DNA from: Phycisphaerae bacterium
Lineage (GTDB): Bacteria; Planctomycetota; Phycisphaerae; SM23-33
Assembly: GCA_046541875.1 (NCBI GenBank)
Contig: JBKHCL010000002.1
Coordinates: 3,811-67,810, forward strand
Direction of reading: 5' to 3'
Length of the DNA: 64,000 nucleotides
A model generated the notes under the pieces. It was not told the origin of the DNA. It saw nothing but the letters and a program-made list of their open reading frames with translations, and did not search any database. This document shows positions 44,166 to 53,532 of this stretch, one piece after another. Numbering within the stretch: the first letter of the stretch is position 1; each line of letters opens with the position of its first letter. The translations under genes were made by a program, and so were the position numbers.

Positions 44166-47100
44166 AGCGCAAGATCATCCTGCTGCTGGTCGGTCTGGCG
44201 GTGACATTCTCGATGTACTTCGGCTACCGGGCGATATCCGGCACGGTGGAACAGACTCGCGTGGAATTGCCGGACCCCAACATGACCGCTGCGCCCAATG
44301 ACAGCCCGGGAACAAACCAGGCGGGCGGCAAGGGGTTCTTCTACGTCCGCAACGATCCGAAGACCAACCGGCGCGAATTCACCCTCGCCGGCAAGCAGTG
44401 GGAGAAGCGGGAGGACGACAGCTTCCGCTTTACCGATCCGAATGTGCAGATCTTCCTGGCCAACGGCGGGCGGCTGCAGGTGCTCGCCGATCGCGGTGTG
44501 GCGTACGTACGCGAGGTGGGCGACAGTTTCCAGCCCCGGCGGGGTCGGCTGGACGGCAACGTGCGGATCTTCTACTACCGTCGCGCGTCCGAGCGGACCT
44601 CCGCGCGCCGGGAGGCGAACGTGGTGCGGATTTTTACCGACAGCCTCAGCTTCGATAACGAAATGCTCCTGCTGAGCACCGACGCCCCGATCACGCTCTG
44701 GTCGCGGGAGGCCGACATGCTCGGAACCGGGCTGACCCTCCGCTGGAACGAGGGGCCCGGCGAGCTGGACGTGCTCCGCATCGAGAAGGGCCAATACATG
44801 GCCGTCTACGCCATGCCCGGCGGGATGGACGCGCTGGGCATGGGTGGCGGCAATGACGAGTCGACCGGCGATCGGCCCGGTCGCCGGACGACCACCGCCG
44901 CCACCGACGCATCCGGCCGCGGAGCGTCTGCCCCGTCACCGGCCACCACCCAGCCGGGAGGGGAGGGCGAGAAGCGCCCGGCGATGAACAAGTACGCCGC
45001 GACGTTCAACGACGACGTCCGCGTGATCGCCTCCGACGGGTCGGCCACCGGAATCGAATCGCTCTCGCTGATGTTCGAGTGGCAGGCGGAGCTGGACGAC
45101 GAAGGCCGCGCCGCTCGGCCAACACGACGCCGGCCGCAGCGCGACGTGCCTGCCGACGCCAACGCTGCCGCCCCGCGTGCCGACGACGATGAAAAGACCG
45201 ACGACCGGGCCGACCAGCCGCTGACGGTTTACTGGTCCGGGCCGTTGGAGGTAGTCCCGACCGGGTTCACCGGGACCCCGTCGTCCAAGCGATGGGCCAT
45301 TCACGGCAAGGGGCGGCGGGTGCTGCTCAACGGCACCGACTACCGCGCCCGCTGCCGGCGGTTTTCGTATGTCTCCGATCCGAACAAGCAGATCGGCAAG
45401 CTCGAAGGCTCGCCCGATCAGCCCGTCCGCATGGTGATGGCCGGCGGCCAGCGGGCCACCGCCCCGGTGGTGCTGTTCGATCGCCTCTCGGCCGACCCGA
45501 ACACCAGCAAGGTTTTCCTGGTCGGGCCCGGGCGCATGAGTCGGCCGACGGACGCCAACGCCCACGACGTGATGCTCCTGGATCTCGAAGAGGACGCCCG
45601 GGACGCCAACGCGGCTGAGAGCATCACCTGGAACGAAGAAGTCGAAGTCGTCTTCCGCCAGGGCGATGATCCCAACGCCCAACCGGCGCTGCAGCGGGCG
45701 ACGTTCACCGGCGAGGTGGATTTCCGCCGGGCATCGGACGATACCGACATCCGCACGCCGTGGCTGCGCATCGAGACGGGGCAGGTCCGGCGGACCGACT
45801 CCACCGGCGGGGAGGCGAAGACCGAGACCTATCCGCGGGAGATCATCGCCCGCACGCTCAAGCCCGGCCAGCGCCTCACGGCCCGGCAGTCCGGCAGCCG
45901 AATCGACGCCAACGAGGTGACGCTCGCCTTCGCCGCCCCAGATCCGAAGGCAGAGCCCAACAGCCCCGCCGCCGAGGCGCGCCCGGCCGGCGTGAGAGCG
46001 TCCGGCAACGTTCGGCTGCGAAGCCGGGGCGACCCCAACGATCCGAACTCGGCGATCCTGGCGACCTGCCGGACGCTGGAGTCCAACCTGCTGGACGGCA
46101 GCGCGACACTGCGCGGCAAGCCCGCCCGCATTCTGCAGGATGCCAACCAACTCACCGGTGAGACGATCTACCTCGAACGCGGCGCAGGCCAGGACGCCCC
46201 CAACACCACCCACGAACGGCTGGAGGTTCGCGGGGCCGGCAGCATGACCTTTCGGACGGATCGTGACCTGGAAGGCAATCAGCTCCCCAGCGCCCGATTG
46301 GTGACGGTCGGCTGGGCCAAGCACATGAAATTCATCGGGGCCGACGACCAGGCCACCTTCACCGGAACGGTGCGCCTGCGCTCCCAGGCCGAGGAGATGG
46401 ACTGCGAAACCATGGTCGTGCAGTTCGACCGGGTGGATGCGAACAGCCCGGCCGACGCCAACGCGACGGCGGATGGTAAGCAGGGCCCGGACGTGCTGGA
46501 GATGGGCTCGGATTCATTCGCCCAGCGGCGCATCCGCGAGGTGATCGCCACGCGGAAGGTCCGACTGTTCAGCAAGCAGGAGGACCCCAACGCCCGAATG
46601 CTCTGGCGGTTCACGCTGGTGACGCCCAGGCAGTTGACCTTCGACGCCAATGCCCGGACGATGCAGGTCTCGGGTGAGGGGAAGCTCGCCATCGAGGACT
46701 ACCGCGCCCCGCAGCGCCGCGAGAGATCGACCGACGGCGACGACGCCTATCTCGTGAGCCCTTCGCAGACGGCGTTCGAGTGGGACAAGAGCATGTCTCT
46801 CTCGCAGGACGATCTGACGGTGATCATGGAGGGCGACGTCGGCGTGGTCCATCGCAGCGGGAAGAATGTCGTGCTCACCAAGGGCCTCAAGGTGCCCTTC
46901 GTCATGGCCGATGCGCCGGCCGGTCGGGAGACGATTCTCGGGTGCGACTGGCTGACGGCGACGTTCTCGCAGCCTGCCGACGCCAATGACGTTTCGAGGA
47001 CGAAGGGCGAGGAAGGCAAAGCCGACGGGGTGTTCGGGCTCAGCGGCCGACTCGATCGGTTCGCCGCCCGACGGGGCGTGACGCTGCGCGACGGCCGGGC

Positions 47101-47326
47101 CCGCGTGGACGACTGCGAGCTGCTCACGTACGACCGCGTGGAAGACCTGGTGGTGCTGGACGGTTCGCTGGGCGACGAGCGTCGCGGGGGCAACGTTTAT
47201 CTGCGGTATCGCGATCGCAATGGGGGCCTGCAGCAGAAATCGGCGTCGCGCATCATCTGGCGACCGGGGAAGAAGATCGCCCGGGCGGTGGATGTCTCGG
47301 GGACGGGCACCAGGGCGTCGGAGTAG
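44162..47326 (+). CDS. Giant (1054 aa) membrane-anchored LptC/LptA (OstA)-like protein with reiterated D-[PA]-N motifs
   Basis: N-terminal TM anchor like LptC. OstA/LptC-like N-terminal region (FTLAGKQWEK...VQIFLANGGRLQVLADRGVAY). Sits at the lptC-lptA position after kdsD-kdsC. At least 16 DPN/DAN tripeptides. Confidence 0.55.
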   Translation: MKRKIILLLVGLAVTFSMYFGYRAISGTVEQTRVELPDPNMTAAPNDSPGTNQAGGKGFFYVRNDPKTNRREFTLAGKQWEKREDDSFRFTDPNVQIFLANGGRLQVLADRGVAYVREVGDSFQPRRGRLDGNVRIFYYRRASERTSARREANVVRIFTDSLSFDNEMLLLSTDAPITLWSREADMLGTGLTLRWNEGPGELDVLRIEKGQYMAVYAMPGGMDALGMGGGNDESTGDRPGRRTTTAATDASGRGASAPSPATTQPGGEGEKRPAMNKYAATFNDDVRVIASDGSATGIESLSLMFEWQAELDDEGRAARPTRRRPQRDVPADANAAAPRADDDEKTDDRADQPLTVYWSGPLEVVPTGFTGTPSSKRWAIHGKGRRVLLNGTDYRARCRRFSYVSDPNKQIGKLEGSPDQPVRMVMAGGQRATAPVVLFDRLSADPNTSKVFLVGPGRMSRPTDANAHDVMLLDLEEDARDANAAESITWNEEVEVVFRQGDDPNAQPALQRATFTGEVDFRRASDDTDIRTPWLRIETGQVRRTDSTGGEAKTETYPREIIARTLKPGQRLTARQSGSRIDANEVTLAFAAPDPKAEPNSPAAEARPAGVRASGNVRLRSRGDPNDPNSAILATCRTLESNLLDGSATLRGKPARILQDANQLTGETIYLERGAGQDAPNTTHERLEVRGAGSMTFRTDRDLEGNQLPSARLVTVGWAKHMKFIGADDQATFTGTVRLRSQAEEMDCETMVVQFDRVDANSPADANATADGKQGPDVLEMGSDSFAQRRIREVIATRKVRLFSKQEDPNARMLWRFTLVTPRQLTFDANARTMQVSGEGKLAIEDYRAPQRRERSTDGDDAYLVSPSQTAFEWDKSMSLSQDDLTVIMEGDVGVVHRSGKNVVLTKGLKVPFVMADAPAGRETILGCDWLTATFSQPADANDVSRTKGEEGKADGVFGLSGRLDRFAARRGVTLRDGRARVDDCELLTYDRVEDLVVLDGSLGDERRGGNVYLRYRDRNGGLQQKSASRIIWRPGKKIARAVDVSGTGTRASE

Positions 47327-47366
47327 GAAGCAGCGAGAAAATCCCCTCTCGTCGGGATAAAATGGC

Positions 47367-47396
47367 TTGACGGAAACGTCGGCATCAGGGTAATCT
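47367..47396 (+). promoter_or_regulatory. Putative sigma70-like promoter of the rpsB-tsf-pyrH-frr operon (TTGACG-N18-TAATCT)
   Basis: Read directly, about 140 nt upstream of the rpsB start. Confidence 0.3.
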
Positions 47397-47534
47397 ACCG
47401 TGCTTTACGCAGCCGGCGGGGAGATTGTATCTCCGCGTCAACGCAGGCTGCGTTCTCGTTTTGAACCCCATGTAACACGTGATGCGACCTTGGGTATGGA
47501 TGCTTGAATCCTGCCGCCACGTGGAGGTGCACCA

Positions 47535-48458
47535 GTGAACACGACGGAATTGGTAAAAGAGCTGATCGACGCGGGAATCCACTTCGGGCATCGGGCGAGC
47601 CGATGGAACCCGAAGATGAAGCCGTACATCTATGGCAAGCGGAACCTGATCCACATCGTGGATATCAAGGAAACGCTCAAGGGGCTGCTGCTGGCGAAGA
47701 AGTATCTCGCCCGGGTGGTCTCCCAGGGCAAGGACGTGGTGTTCGTGGGCACCAAGCGACAGGCCCACAAGAGCGTGGAGACCCACGCCGCCCGCGTCGG
47801 GATGCACTGGGTGACCGACCGCTGGCTGGGCGGGACGCTGACGAACTTCCGTGAAATCCGCAAGCGCATCGGCCGACTGGAAGAGCTCGAGAAGCTGGAC
47901 GCCGAAGGCCGAATGGACCAGTACTCCAAGAAGGAAGGCGCCTCGCTTCGTCGCGAGATGCGCAAGATCCAGCGGAACCTCGGCGGGATCCGCAAGATGA
48001 CCAAGCTGCCCGGCGCGATGGTCGTGATCGACGAGATGCGCGAGATCATCGCCGTCCGCGAAGCCCGTAAGATCGGCATCCCGGTGGTCTGCCTGCTGGA
48101 TACCGACTCGGACCCCGACCAGGTGGACATCCCGATTCCCGGCAACGACGACGCGATGCGCGGGATCGAGCTGATCGTCCGCGAGCTGGCCAGCGCGATC
48201 GAGGAAGGCATCAAGGGGCGTGGCCAGGCCGACGCGACCCCCGAGGAAGAGGGCAAGCCCCGCCGTCGCAGCCAGCGGGCCACCACCGCCCGGGCCGAGG
48301 ACGTCGCTGCCGAAGCCGCCCAGGAGCTCAAACCCGAAGACGGCCCGAAATCCGAGACCAACGCCACCGAGAAGCCCGACAAGACCGAAATCGGCGAGAA
48401 GACGCCCGAGCCGGCCCCGGCCAGCGAGGTTTCGCCGTCGCAGGAACCGGCTTCGTAA
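47535..48458 (+). CDS. rpsB: 30S ribosomal protein S2 (with Glu/Lys/Pro-rich C-terminal extension)
   Basis: Canonical S2 N-terminus ELIDAGIHFGHRASRWNPKMKPYIYGKRNLIHIVDI. Confidence 0.95.
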   Translation: MNTTELVKELIDAGIHFGHRASRWNPKMKPYIYGKRNLIHIVDIKETLKGLLLAKKYLARVVSQGKDVVFVGTKRQAHKSVETHAARVGMHWVTDRWLGGTLTNFREIRKRIGRLEELEKLDAEGRMDQYSKKEGASLRREMRKIQRNLGGIRKMTKLPGAMVVIDEMREIIAVREARKIGIPVVCLLDTDSDPDQVDIPIPGNDDAMRGIELIVRELASAIEEGIKGRGQADATPEEEGKPRRRSQRATTARAEDVAAEAAQELKPEDGPKSETNATEKPDKTEIGEKTPEPAPASEVSPSQEPAS

Positions 48459-48557
48459 GTCCCGCCCGGCAGTACGAGTAACGAACCGGCGCGCCCGCCA
48501 GAATGACCGGGCGGACGCCCCCGATCCCGACACGCATAGACACCAGGAGCAATAATC

Positions 48558-49349
48558 ATGGCTGAGATTACCGCATCGATGGTCAAGTCCCTCCGGGAAG
48601 AGACCGGACAGGGCATGATGGAATGCAAGAAGGCCCTCACCGAGTGCAACGGTGACATGGAGGCCGCCCAGGACCTCCTCCGCAAGAAGGCCGGCGCCAA
48701 GGCCGAGAAGAAGGCCGAGCGCGAGACGAAGGAAGGCCTGGTCGCCATGTCCATCAGCGACGACAGGACCAGCGGTACGATGGTCGAGGTCCGCTGCGAG
48801 ACGGACTTCTGCGCCCGCAACGAGGTGTTCATCGAGATGGTGGACGACGTTCTGGAAAAGGCCCGGGCCGCCGCGAACGAAGGCCCCATCGAGGCCACCG
48901 AGGACATCTCCGCCGCCGTTCAGGAAGCTTTCTCCAAGATCGGCGAGAACATGAGTTACGGCCAGGGCGTGAAGATCACCGCGACCAAGGTGGGCGGCTA
49001 CAAGCACCACAACAACAAGGTGGGCGTGCTGGTGGGCGTCGATAAGGACGTGGACGACGAGACCCTCACCGGCGTGTGCATGCACATCGCGTTCTCCGAC
49101 CCGATGGGCATCACCGTCGAGGACATCCCCGAGGAGCTGGCGGAGAAGGAGCGGAAATTCGCCGTCGAGCAGGCGATGGAATCCGGCAAGCCCCAGGAAA
49201 TCGCCGAGAAAATGGTCGAGGGCAAGATGCGCAAGTTCCTCGAGCAGAACGCCCTGATGGAGCAGAAGTACGTCCGCGACGAGTCCAAGACGGTCAAGGA
49301 AGTGCTCGGCGGGGCCATGGTGACGTCCTTCGCGCGGTTCGCACTGTAG
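48558..49349 (+). CDS. tsf: Elongation factor Ts
   Basis: UBA-like N-terminus MVKSLREETGQGMMECKKALTECNGDMEAAQDLLRK, typical of EF-Ts. Confidence 0.95.
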   Translation: MAEITASMVKSLREETGQGMMECKKALTECNGDMEAAQDLLRKKAGAKAEKKAERETKEGLVAMSISDDRTSGTMVEVRCETDFCARNEVFIEMVDDVLEKARAAANEGPIEATEDISAAVQEAFSKIGENMSYGQGVKITATKVGGYKHHNNKVGVLVGVDKDVDDETLTGVCMHIAFSDPMGITVEDIPEELAEKERKFAVEQAMESGKPQEIAEKMVEGKMRKFLEQNALMEQKYVRDESKTVKEVLGGAMVTSFARFAL

Positions 49350-49384
49350 CCCTTGCCTGACGGCCAGAGGAGATCGGTCCGCGG

Positions 49385-50119
49385 ATGACCCGCCAGCCCT
49401 ATCAACGCGTGCTTGTGAAGCTCTCCGGCGAGATGCTCTGTGAGGGCTCGGCCGGCGGGGTACACTCAGCCGCTTTGGCCCGGGTGGTGGACGAGATCGC
49501 CGCGGTGGTCCGCGAGGGTACGCAGGTGGCCGTCGTCGTGGGAGCAGGCAACCTGCTCCGCGGGCGGGACCTCATCGAAGACCCTCACATCGCCCGCCCG
49601 ACGGCCGACGCGATGGGCATGATGGCGACGATCATCAACGCCTTGGCGCTGCGGGATTCGCTCACCGGGCGGGACATTCCCGCCGTGGCGATGGGTGCTT
49701 TCCGTGCGGGGCAGTATCTGCCCGAGTTTTCCCGCGAGGCGGGCATCGCGGCGCTGGAGGCCGGCCAGGTCGTCCTCTGTGCCGGCGGGACGGGAAATCC
49801 GTACTTCACCACCGACACCTGCGCCACGTTGCGGGCGGCGCAGCTGGGATGCGAGGTGGTGCTCAAGGCCACCAAGGTCGACGGCGTGTACGATCGCGAC
49901 CCTCAGAGGCACCCCGAGGCGGAGAAGTTTGAGATGTTGACGTTTTCCGAGGCGCTGGAGCGCAACCTCGGAGTGATGGACGCAGCCGCCTTCAGCATGT
50001 GTCGCGACAGCGGCCTGGAGGTGCTGGTGTTCCGCTTTGCCGACGCGGGAAACCTGCTCAGGGCGGTCCGCGGTGAGCCGGTCGGAACGCTGGTTTGCGG
50101 CACAGAACGCAAGGAGTGA
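49385..50119 (+). CDS. pyrH: UMP kinase
   Basis: YQRVLVKLSGEML...VVVGAGNLLRG amino-acid-kinase-fold motifs. Confidence 0.92.
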   Translation: MTRQPYQRVLVKLSGEMLCEGSAGGVHSAALARVVDEIAAVVREGTQVAVVVGAGNLLRGRDLIEDPHIARPTADAMGMMATIINALALRDSLTGRDIPAVAMGAFRAGQYLPEFSREAGIAALEAGQVVLCAGGTGNPYFTTDTCATLRAAQLGCEVVLKATKVDGVYDRDPQRHPEAEKFEMLTFSEALERNLGVMDAAAFSMCRDSGLEVLVFRFADAGNLLRAVRGEPVGTLVCGTERKE

Positions 50120-50124
50120 CCACG

Positions 50125-50685
50125 ATGGCGATGGACGAGATCCTTCTGGAAACCGAAGAGGCGATGGAATCGGCTGTGGGCTACCTCAAGCAGGAGTTCC
50201 GCGGGATTCGCACCGGTCGGGCCAGCGGCGGGTTGGTGGAGCACATCAAGGTGGATTACTACGGCTCGCCGACCGACCTGCGCCAGTTGGCGAACATCTC
50301 CACGCCCGAGGCGAACCTGATCGTCATCAAGCCCTTCGACCCCAACAGCCTCAAAGACATCGAGCGGGCAATCCACGCCAGCGACCTGGGCATCACGCCG
50401 GCCGCCGACGGGAAAGTGATCCGCCTGACGATTCCGCCGCTGTCCGGCGAGCGCCGCCAGCAACTGGTCACGCAGGTCAAGAAAATGTCCGAGCAGACCC
50501 GCGTAGCCATCCGGAACGCCCGGCGGGACGCCAACAAGGATATCGACAAACAGCAGAAGGACGGCGAGCTTACCGAGGACGAGGCCAAACGCGGCAAGGA
50601 CGAGGTCCAGAAGCTTACCGATAAGTACGAGGCCGAGGTCGACAAACTCCTCACCGCCAAGACCGCGGAGATCGAAGAACTGTAA
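50125..50685 (+). CDS. frr: Ribosome recycling factor
   Basis: LKQEFRGIRTGRAS...IKVDYYG signature. Start chosen at MAMDEIL after the pyrH stop. Confidence 0.9.
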   Translation: MAMDEILLETEEAMESAVGYLKQEFRGIRTGRASGGLVEHIKVDYYGSPTDLRQLANISTPEANLIVIKPFDPNSLKDIERAIHASDLGITPAADGKVIRLTIPPLSGERRQQLVTQVKKMSEQTRVAIRNARRDANKDIDKQQKDGELTEDEAKRGKDEVQKLTDKYEAEVDKLLTAKTAEIEEL

Positions 50686-50693
50686 GCACATAG

Positions 50694-50720
50694 CATGGGC
50701 TTTAAGCCCATGGCTGTGCT
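50694..50720 (+). terminator. Rho-independent terminator candidate after frr
   Basis: Palindrome CATGGGC-tttaa-GCCCATG followed by GCTGTGCTTTGTT. Confidence 0.4.
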
Positions 50721-50781
50721 TTGTTATCATGCAACAGACAGTGCCTGCTTCGCCTTGGGCGAGCGGGTAAGAATCGCCCTC

Positions 50782-50853
50782 GGGAGGGTAGCTCAATGGT
50801 AGAGCAACGGCCTTTTAAGCCGTAGGTTCTGGGTTCGAGCCCCAGCCCTCTCA
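50782..50853 (+). tRNA. tRNA-Lys (anticodon TTT)
   Basis: Cloverleaf by eye. Acceptor GGGAGGG/CCCTCTC (one G-U), D-arm GCTC-AATGGTA-GAGC, anticodon stem ACGGC/GCCGT with loop CTTTTAA, T-arm CTGGG-TTCGAGC-CCCAG. Confidence 0.82.
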
Positions 50854-50985
50854 GTTCAGCGGAACCCCCGCGAAAAAACGTGAAAACAGCCCCCGAATAA
50901 GCCGATGAAGGGGTTGATTCACAGCCGATTGGCAGTATCATGTTTCCTCCACGCTGCAACCTGTGCAGCTGGGACCGCACCATGT

Positions 50986-51058
50986 GGCCCCATCGTCTAG
51001 TGGCCTAGGACACCGGGTTTTCATCCCGGCAACCGGAGTTCGAGTCTCCGTGGGGTCA
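50986..51058 (+). tRNA. tRNA-Glu (anticodon TTC)
   Basis: Near-collinear with E. coli tRNA-Glu. TCGTCTAGTGGCCTAGGAC D-arm, anticodon stem CCGGG/CCCGG with loop TTTTCAT, T-arm GGAG-TTCGAGT-CTCC, acceptor GGCCCCA/TGGGGTC. Confidence 0.88.
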
Positions 51059-51066
51059 GGAACGAA

Positions 51067-51104
51067 CGCCCCGTCAGAGAACCCCTCTGGCGGGGCGTTT
51101 GTGT
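51067..51104 (+). terminator. Rho-independent terminator after the tRNA pair
   Basis: CGCCCCG-N17-CGGGGCG stem followed by TTTGTGTT. Confidence 0.5.
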
Positions 51105-51117
51105 TGAGGTCGTCCGC

Positions 51118-53340
51118 TTGATGCCCCATGGCCAACCACTCGGCCGCCGTGAAAAGAGCATCGGCCATGACACCTCCGGGTCGATGCGATACAATCCGTC
51201 CGTGAACGAGACAGCCTTTGACAGCCTGCACGCCCGCCAAACCTCTCCCGCCGTCCGATGGACGGGGCGACTCGCTGCGCTGCTGGCCCTGATCGCGTGC
51301 GTTACGCTCGGCGTGCGTCAGTTCACGGCCGCTGATATCGGCTACCACCTCTACTACGGCAGAGAGTTCATCCAGACCGGCCGAATCATCACCACGAACC
51401 ACGAGGACATCTACGCCCTGCCGCCCAGGGACCTCCCGCCCGAGCAACGGCCCGAGCCCGGGCCCGGCGCGTGGTACGATGAGGACGGCGTGTATCGCTT
51501 CATCAACGCCAACTGGGGCACCCAGGCGCTGATCGGGACAGCCTGGTGGCTGGGCGGCGAGGACGGCGTGCAATGGCTTCGCGTCGGTTGGACGGTGGTG
51601 CTCTTCGCATGTCTGCTGGCGGCCATGCGCCGCTCGCGGGTTGGTTGGGCGTTGGCGGGCGGCGCGATCCTGCTGGCGGCGGGGGCTGCCTACGGACAGA
51701 TGCACGTCCGCTCCGGCATGCTGGGGGTGGTCGTGCTGGCCGGGCAACTGGTGGTGCTCCTGCCGTTGACCGACCCGGCCCGGCGGCTCCGCCGGCGCGA
51801 CGTGATTGCCCTGGGATTGCTGCAACTGCTGCTGGTGAACATTCACAGCTACTTCCTGCTGGGCGTGGCGCTGACGGGTACGATTCTCATCGGCCGATGC
51901 GTTCGTTGGGCTTGGTGGCGCTGGCTTCGTCGCGACGCTCGCCTCGCCCGTCACGTCGGGCGGGATGCTGCCCTCGCCGCTGCTGCGGTGGGCGGCCAGC
52001 TCCTGGCATGTCTGGCGAACCCCTGGACGTGGCGGCTGGCGGTGATGCCCATCGAGACGCTGCTGTACATGCGAAAGCACAGCATCGCCGGGGCCGAGCC
52101 GGGCAACGTCGTCGGCCACCCTTGGTCGCGCATCGCCGAGTTGTACAGCACGTGGGCGACGCTCGGGACGCGCGAGACCCTCGCCGACAGCGTGCTGATC
52201 GTGCTGCTGATCGCCGCGGCGGGGAGTGTCCTGATCGCCTTGCTGCACCGGCGATGGGCCCTGGCGCTGATGCTCGGCGGGATCACGATGGTCACGCTGT
52301 CGGTCCGACGGAACATCACGCCCGGGGCATTGATGCTGGCTCCGATGATCGCGGTGAGTTTCTCGCTGGTGGTGCGGTGGCTGGCGGGACGAATGCACAC
52401 GGTCGGCCGATCGCTGGCGGGTGTCGCAGCGGCGGCGGCAGTGAGCGTTTTGGCCGTCACGTTGTTCGTCGCGGCCGTTACGCACTGGCTGTTCGTGGCC
52501 GAGCGGTCGCACGAGCGGATCGGGTGGGGATGGAACCGGATGGCCGTGCCCGTCTCGGCGGCCGAATGGATCAACGCACACCAGCCCGACGGGCGAATGT
52601 GGGCGGACTTCAACAGCTCCAGCAACCTGCTCTGGCTGACGGGGCGACCAACCCCCGGCGTGACCAATACCTGGGCCTATCCGCCAGAGCTGATGAGCGA
52701 AGAGACGGATTTCCAGTTCGGCCTGACCAGCTATCGCGCCTTCGACGAGATGGTGCGCCGGCGTGGCGTGGAGTTCGCGGTTCTTCACGTCAGCCGGGTC
52801 TCAGGCAAACTCGCGCGGAACATCACGGGCGATCCGAACTGGGCCCTCGTCGACATCTCACCGCGTCATGTCACCTGGCTGCGAACCGACGGACCCAACG
52901 CCGAGCCGGCAGCGCGCTCGGCCATCACGCCCGAAACGTTGGACGTCGAGCCACTCGTGGCCCGACTCGCCGCTGCCGATCCGGCCAAACACATCGGCAT
53001 TTACGAAGGCGGGCTGACGCTCTACCACATCGGCTGGTATGCCCGGGCGGCCGAGGTCATCGGGGCGTCGTTGAAGATCGCCCCGGACTACCACCGCGCC
53101 TGGCTGATGCGGGGCGAATGTCTGGGTCTGGCGGGCACGCGGCGGATGCTCCACGGCGACCCGGCCGGCAGGGAGGAGTTGGTCAAGGCCCGGCAATGCT
53201 TCGAGCACGCTCTTCGGCTGAAGGGCGGAGACTATCCCGAAGCCGCCGAGAACCTCGAGTACGTCAAACGACAGTTATCCGAGTTGGAGCAGGGGCGGAT
53301 CCTGTATCCCGAGGATCTTCTCAGCCCGCCGGGCCCTTGA
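51118..53340 (+). CDS. Large polytopic membrane protein with C-terminal TPR repeats (GT-C-like glycosyltransferase/PMT-like candidate)
   Basis: Ten or more predicted TM helices in the first 500 aa. The C-terminal soluble domain has TPR-like repeats (YHIGWYARAAEVIGASLKIAPDYHRAWLMRGECL). Start uncertain. Confidence 0.5.
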   Translation: MMPHGQPLGRREKSIGHDTSGSMRYNPSVNETAFDSLHARQTSPAVRWTGRLAALLALIACVTLGVRQFTAADIGYHLYYGREFIQTGRIITTNHEDIYALPPRDLPPEQRPEPGPGAWYDEDGVYRFINANWGTQALIGTAWWLGGEDGVQWLRVGWTVVLFACLLAAMRRSRVGWALAGGAILLAAGAAYGQMHVRSGMLGVVVLAGQLVVLLPLTDPARRLRRRDVIALGLLQLLLVNIHSYFLLGVALTGTILIGRCVRWAWWRWLRRDARLARHVGRDAALAAAAVGGQLLACLANPWTWRLAVMPIETLLYMRKHSIAGAEPGNVVGHPWSRIAELYSTWATLGTRETLADSVLIVLLIAAAGSVLIALLHRRWALALMLGGITMVTLSVRRNITPGALMLAPMIAVSFSLVVRWLAGRMHTVGRSLAGVAAAAAVSVLAVTLFVAAVTHWLFVAERSHERIGWGWNRMAVPVSAAEWINAHQPDGRMWADFNSSSNLLWLTGRPTPGVTNTWAYPPELMSEETDFQFGLTSYRAFDEMVRRRGVEFAVLHVSRVSGKLARNITGDPNWALVDISPRHVTWLRTDGPNAEPAARSAITPETLDVEPLVARLAAADPAKHIGIYEGGLTLYHIGWYARAAEVIGASLKIAPDYHRAWLMRGECLGLAGTRRMLHGDPAGREELVKARQCFEHALRLKGGDYPEAAENLEYVKRQLSELEQGRILYPEDLLSPPGP

Positions 53341-53532
53341 GCTTTCCGCAGCATGGGCATCCCGCCCATGTCCGAAAGATCGCACGGGCAGGATACCATG
53401 CCACGGCCGGCGCGGTAGACATCCCCCATTGCGGGTGCTAGACTTTAGCGACTCTCCCCTCGGGAGAGCGACGCCGCCCGGTGAGCGCCGGGCGATACCC
53501 CCGAACGCAAACGCTGGAAGGAAATCGCAGCT

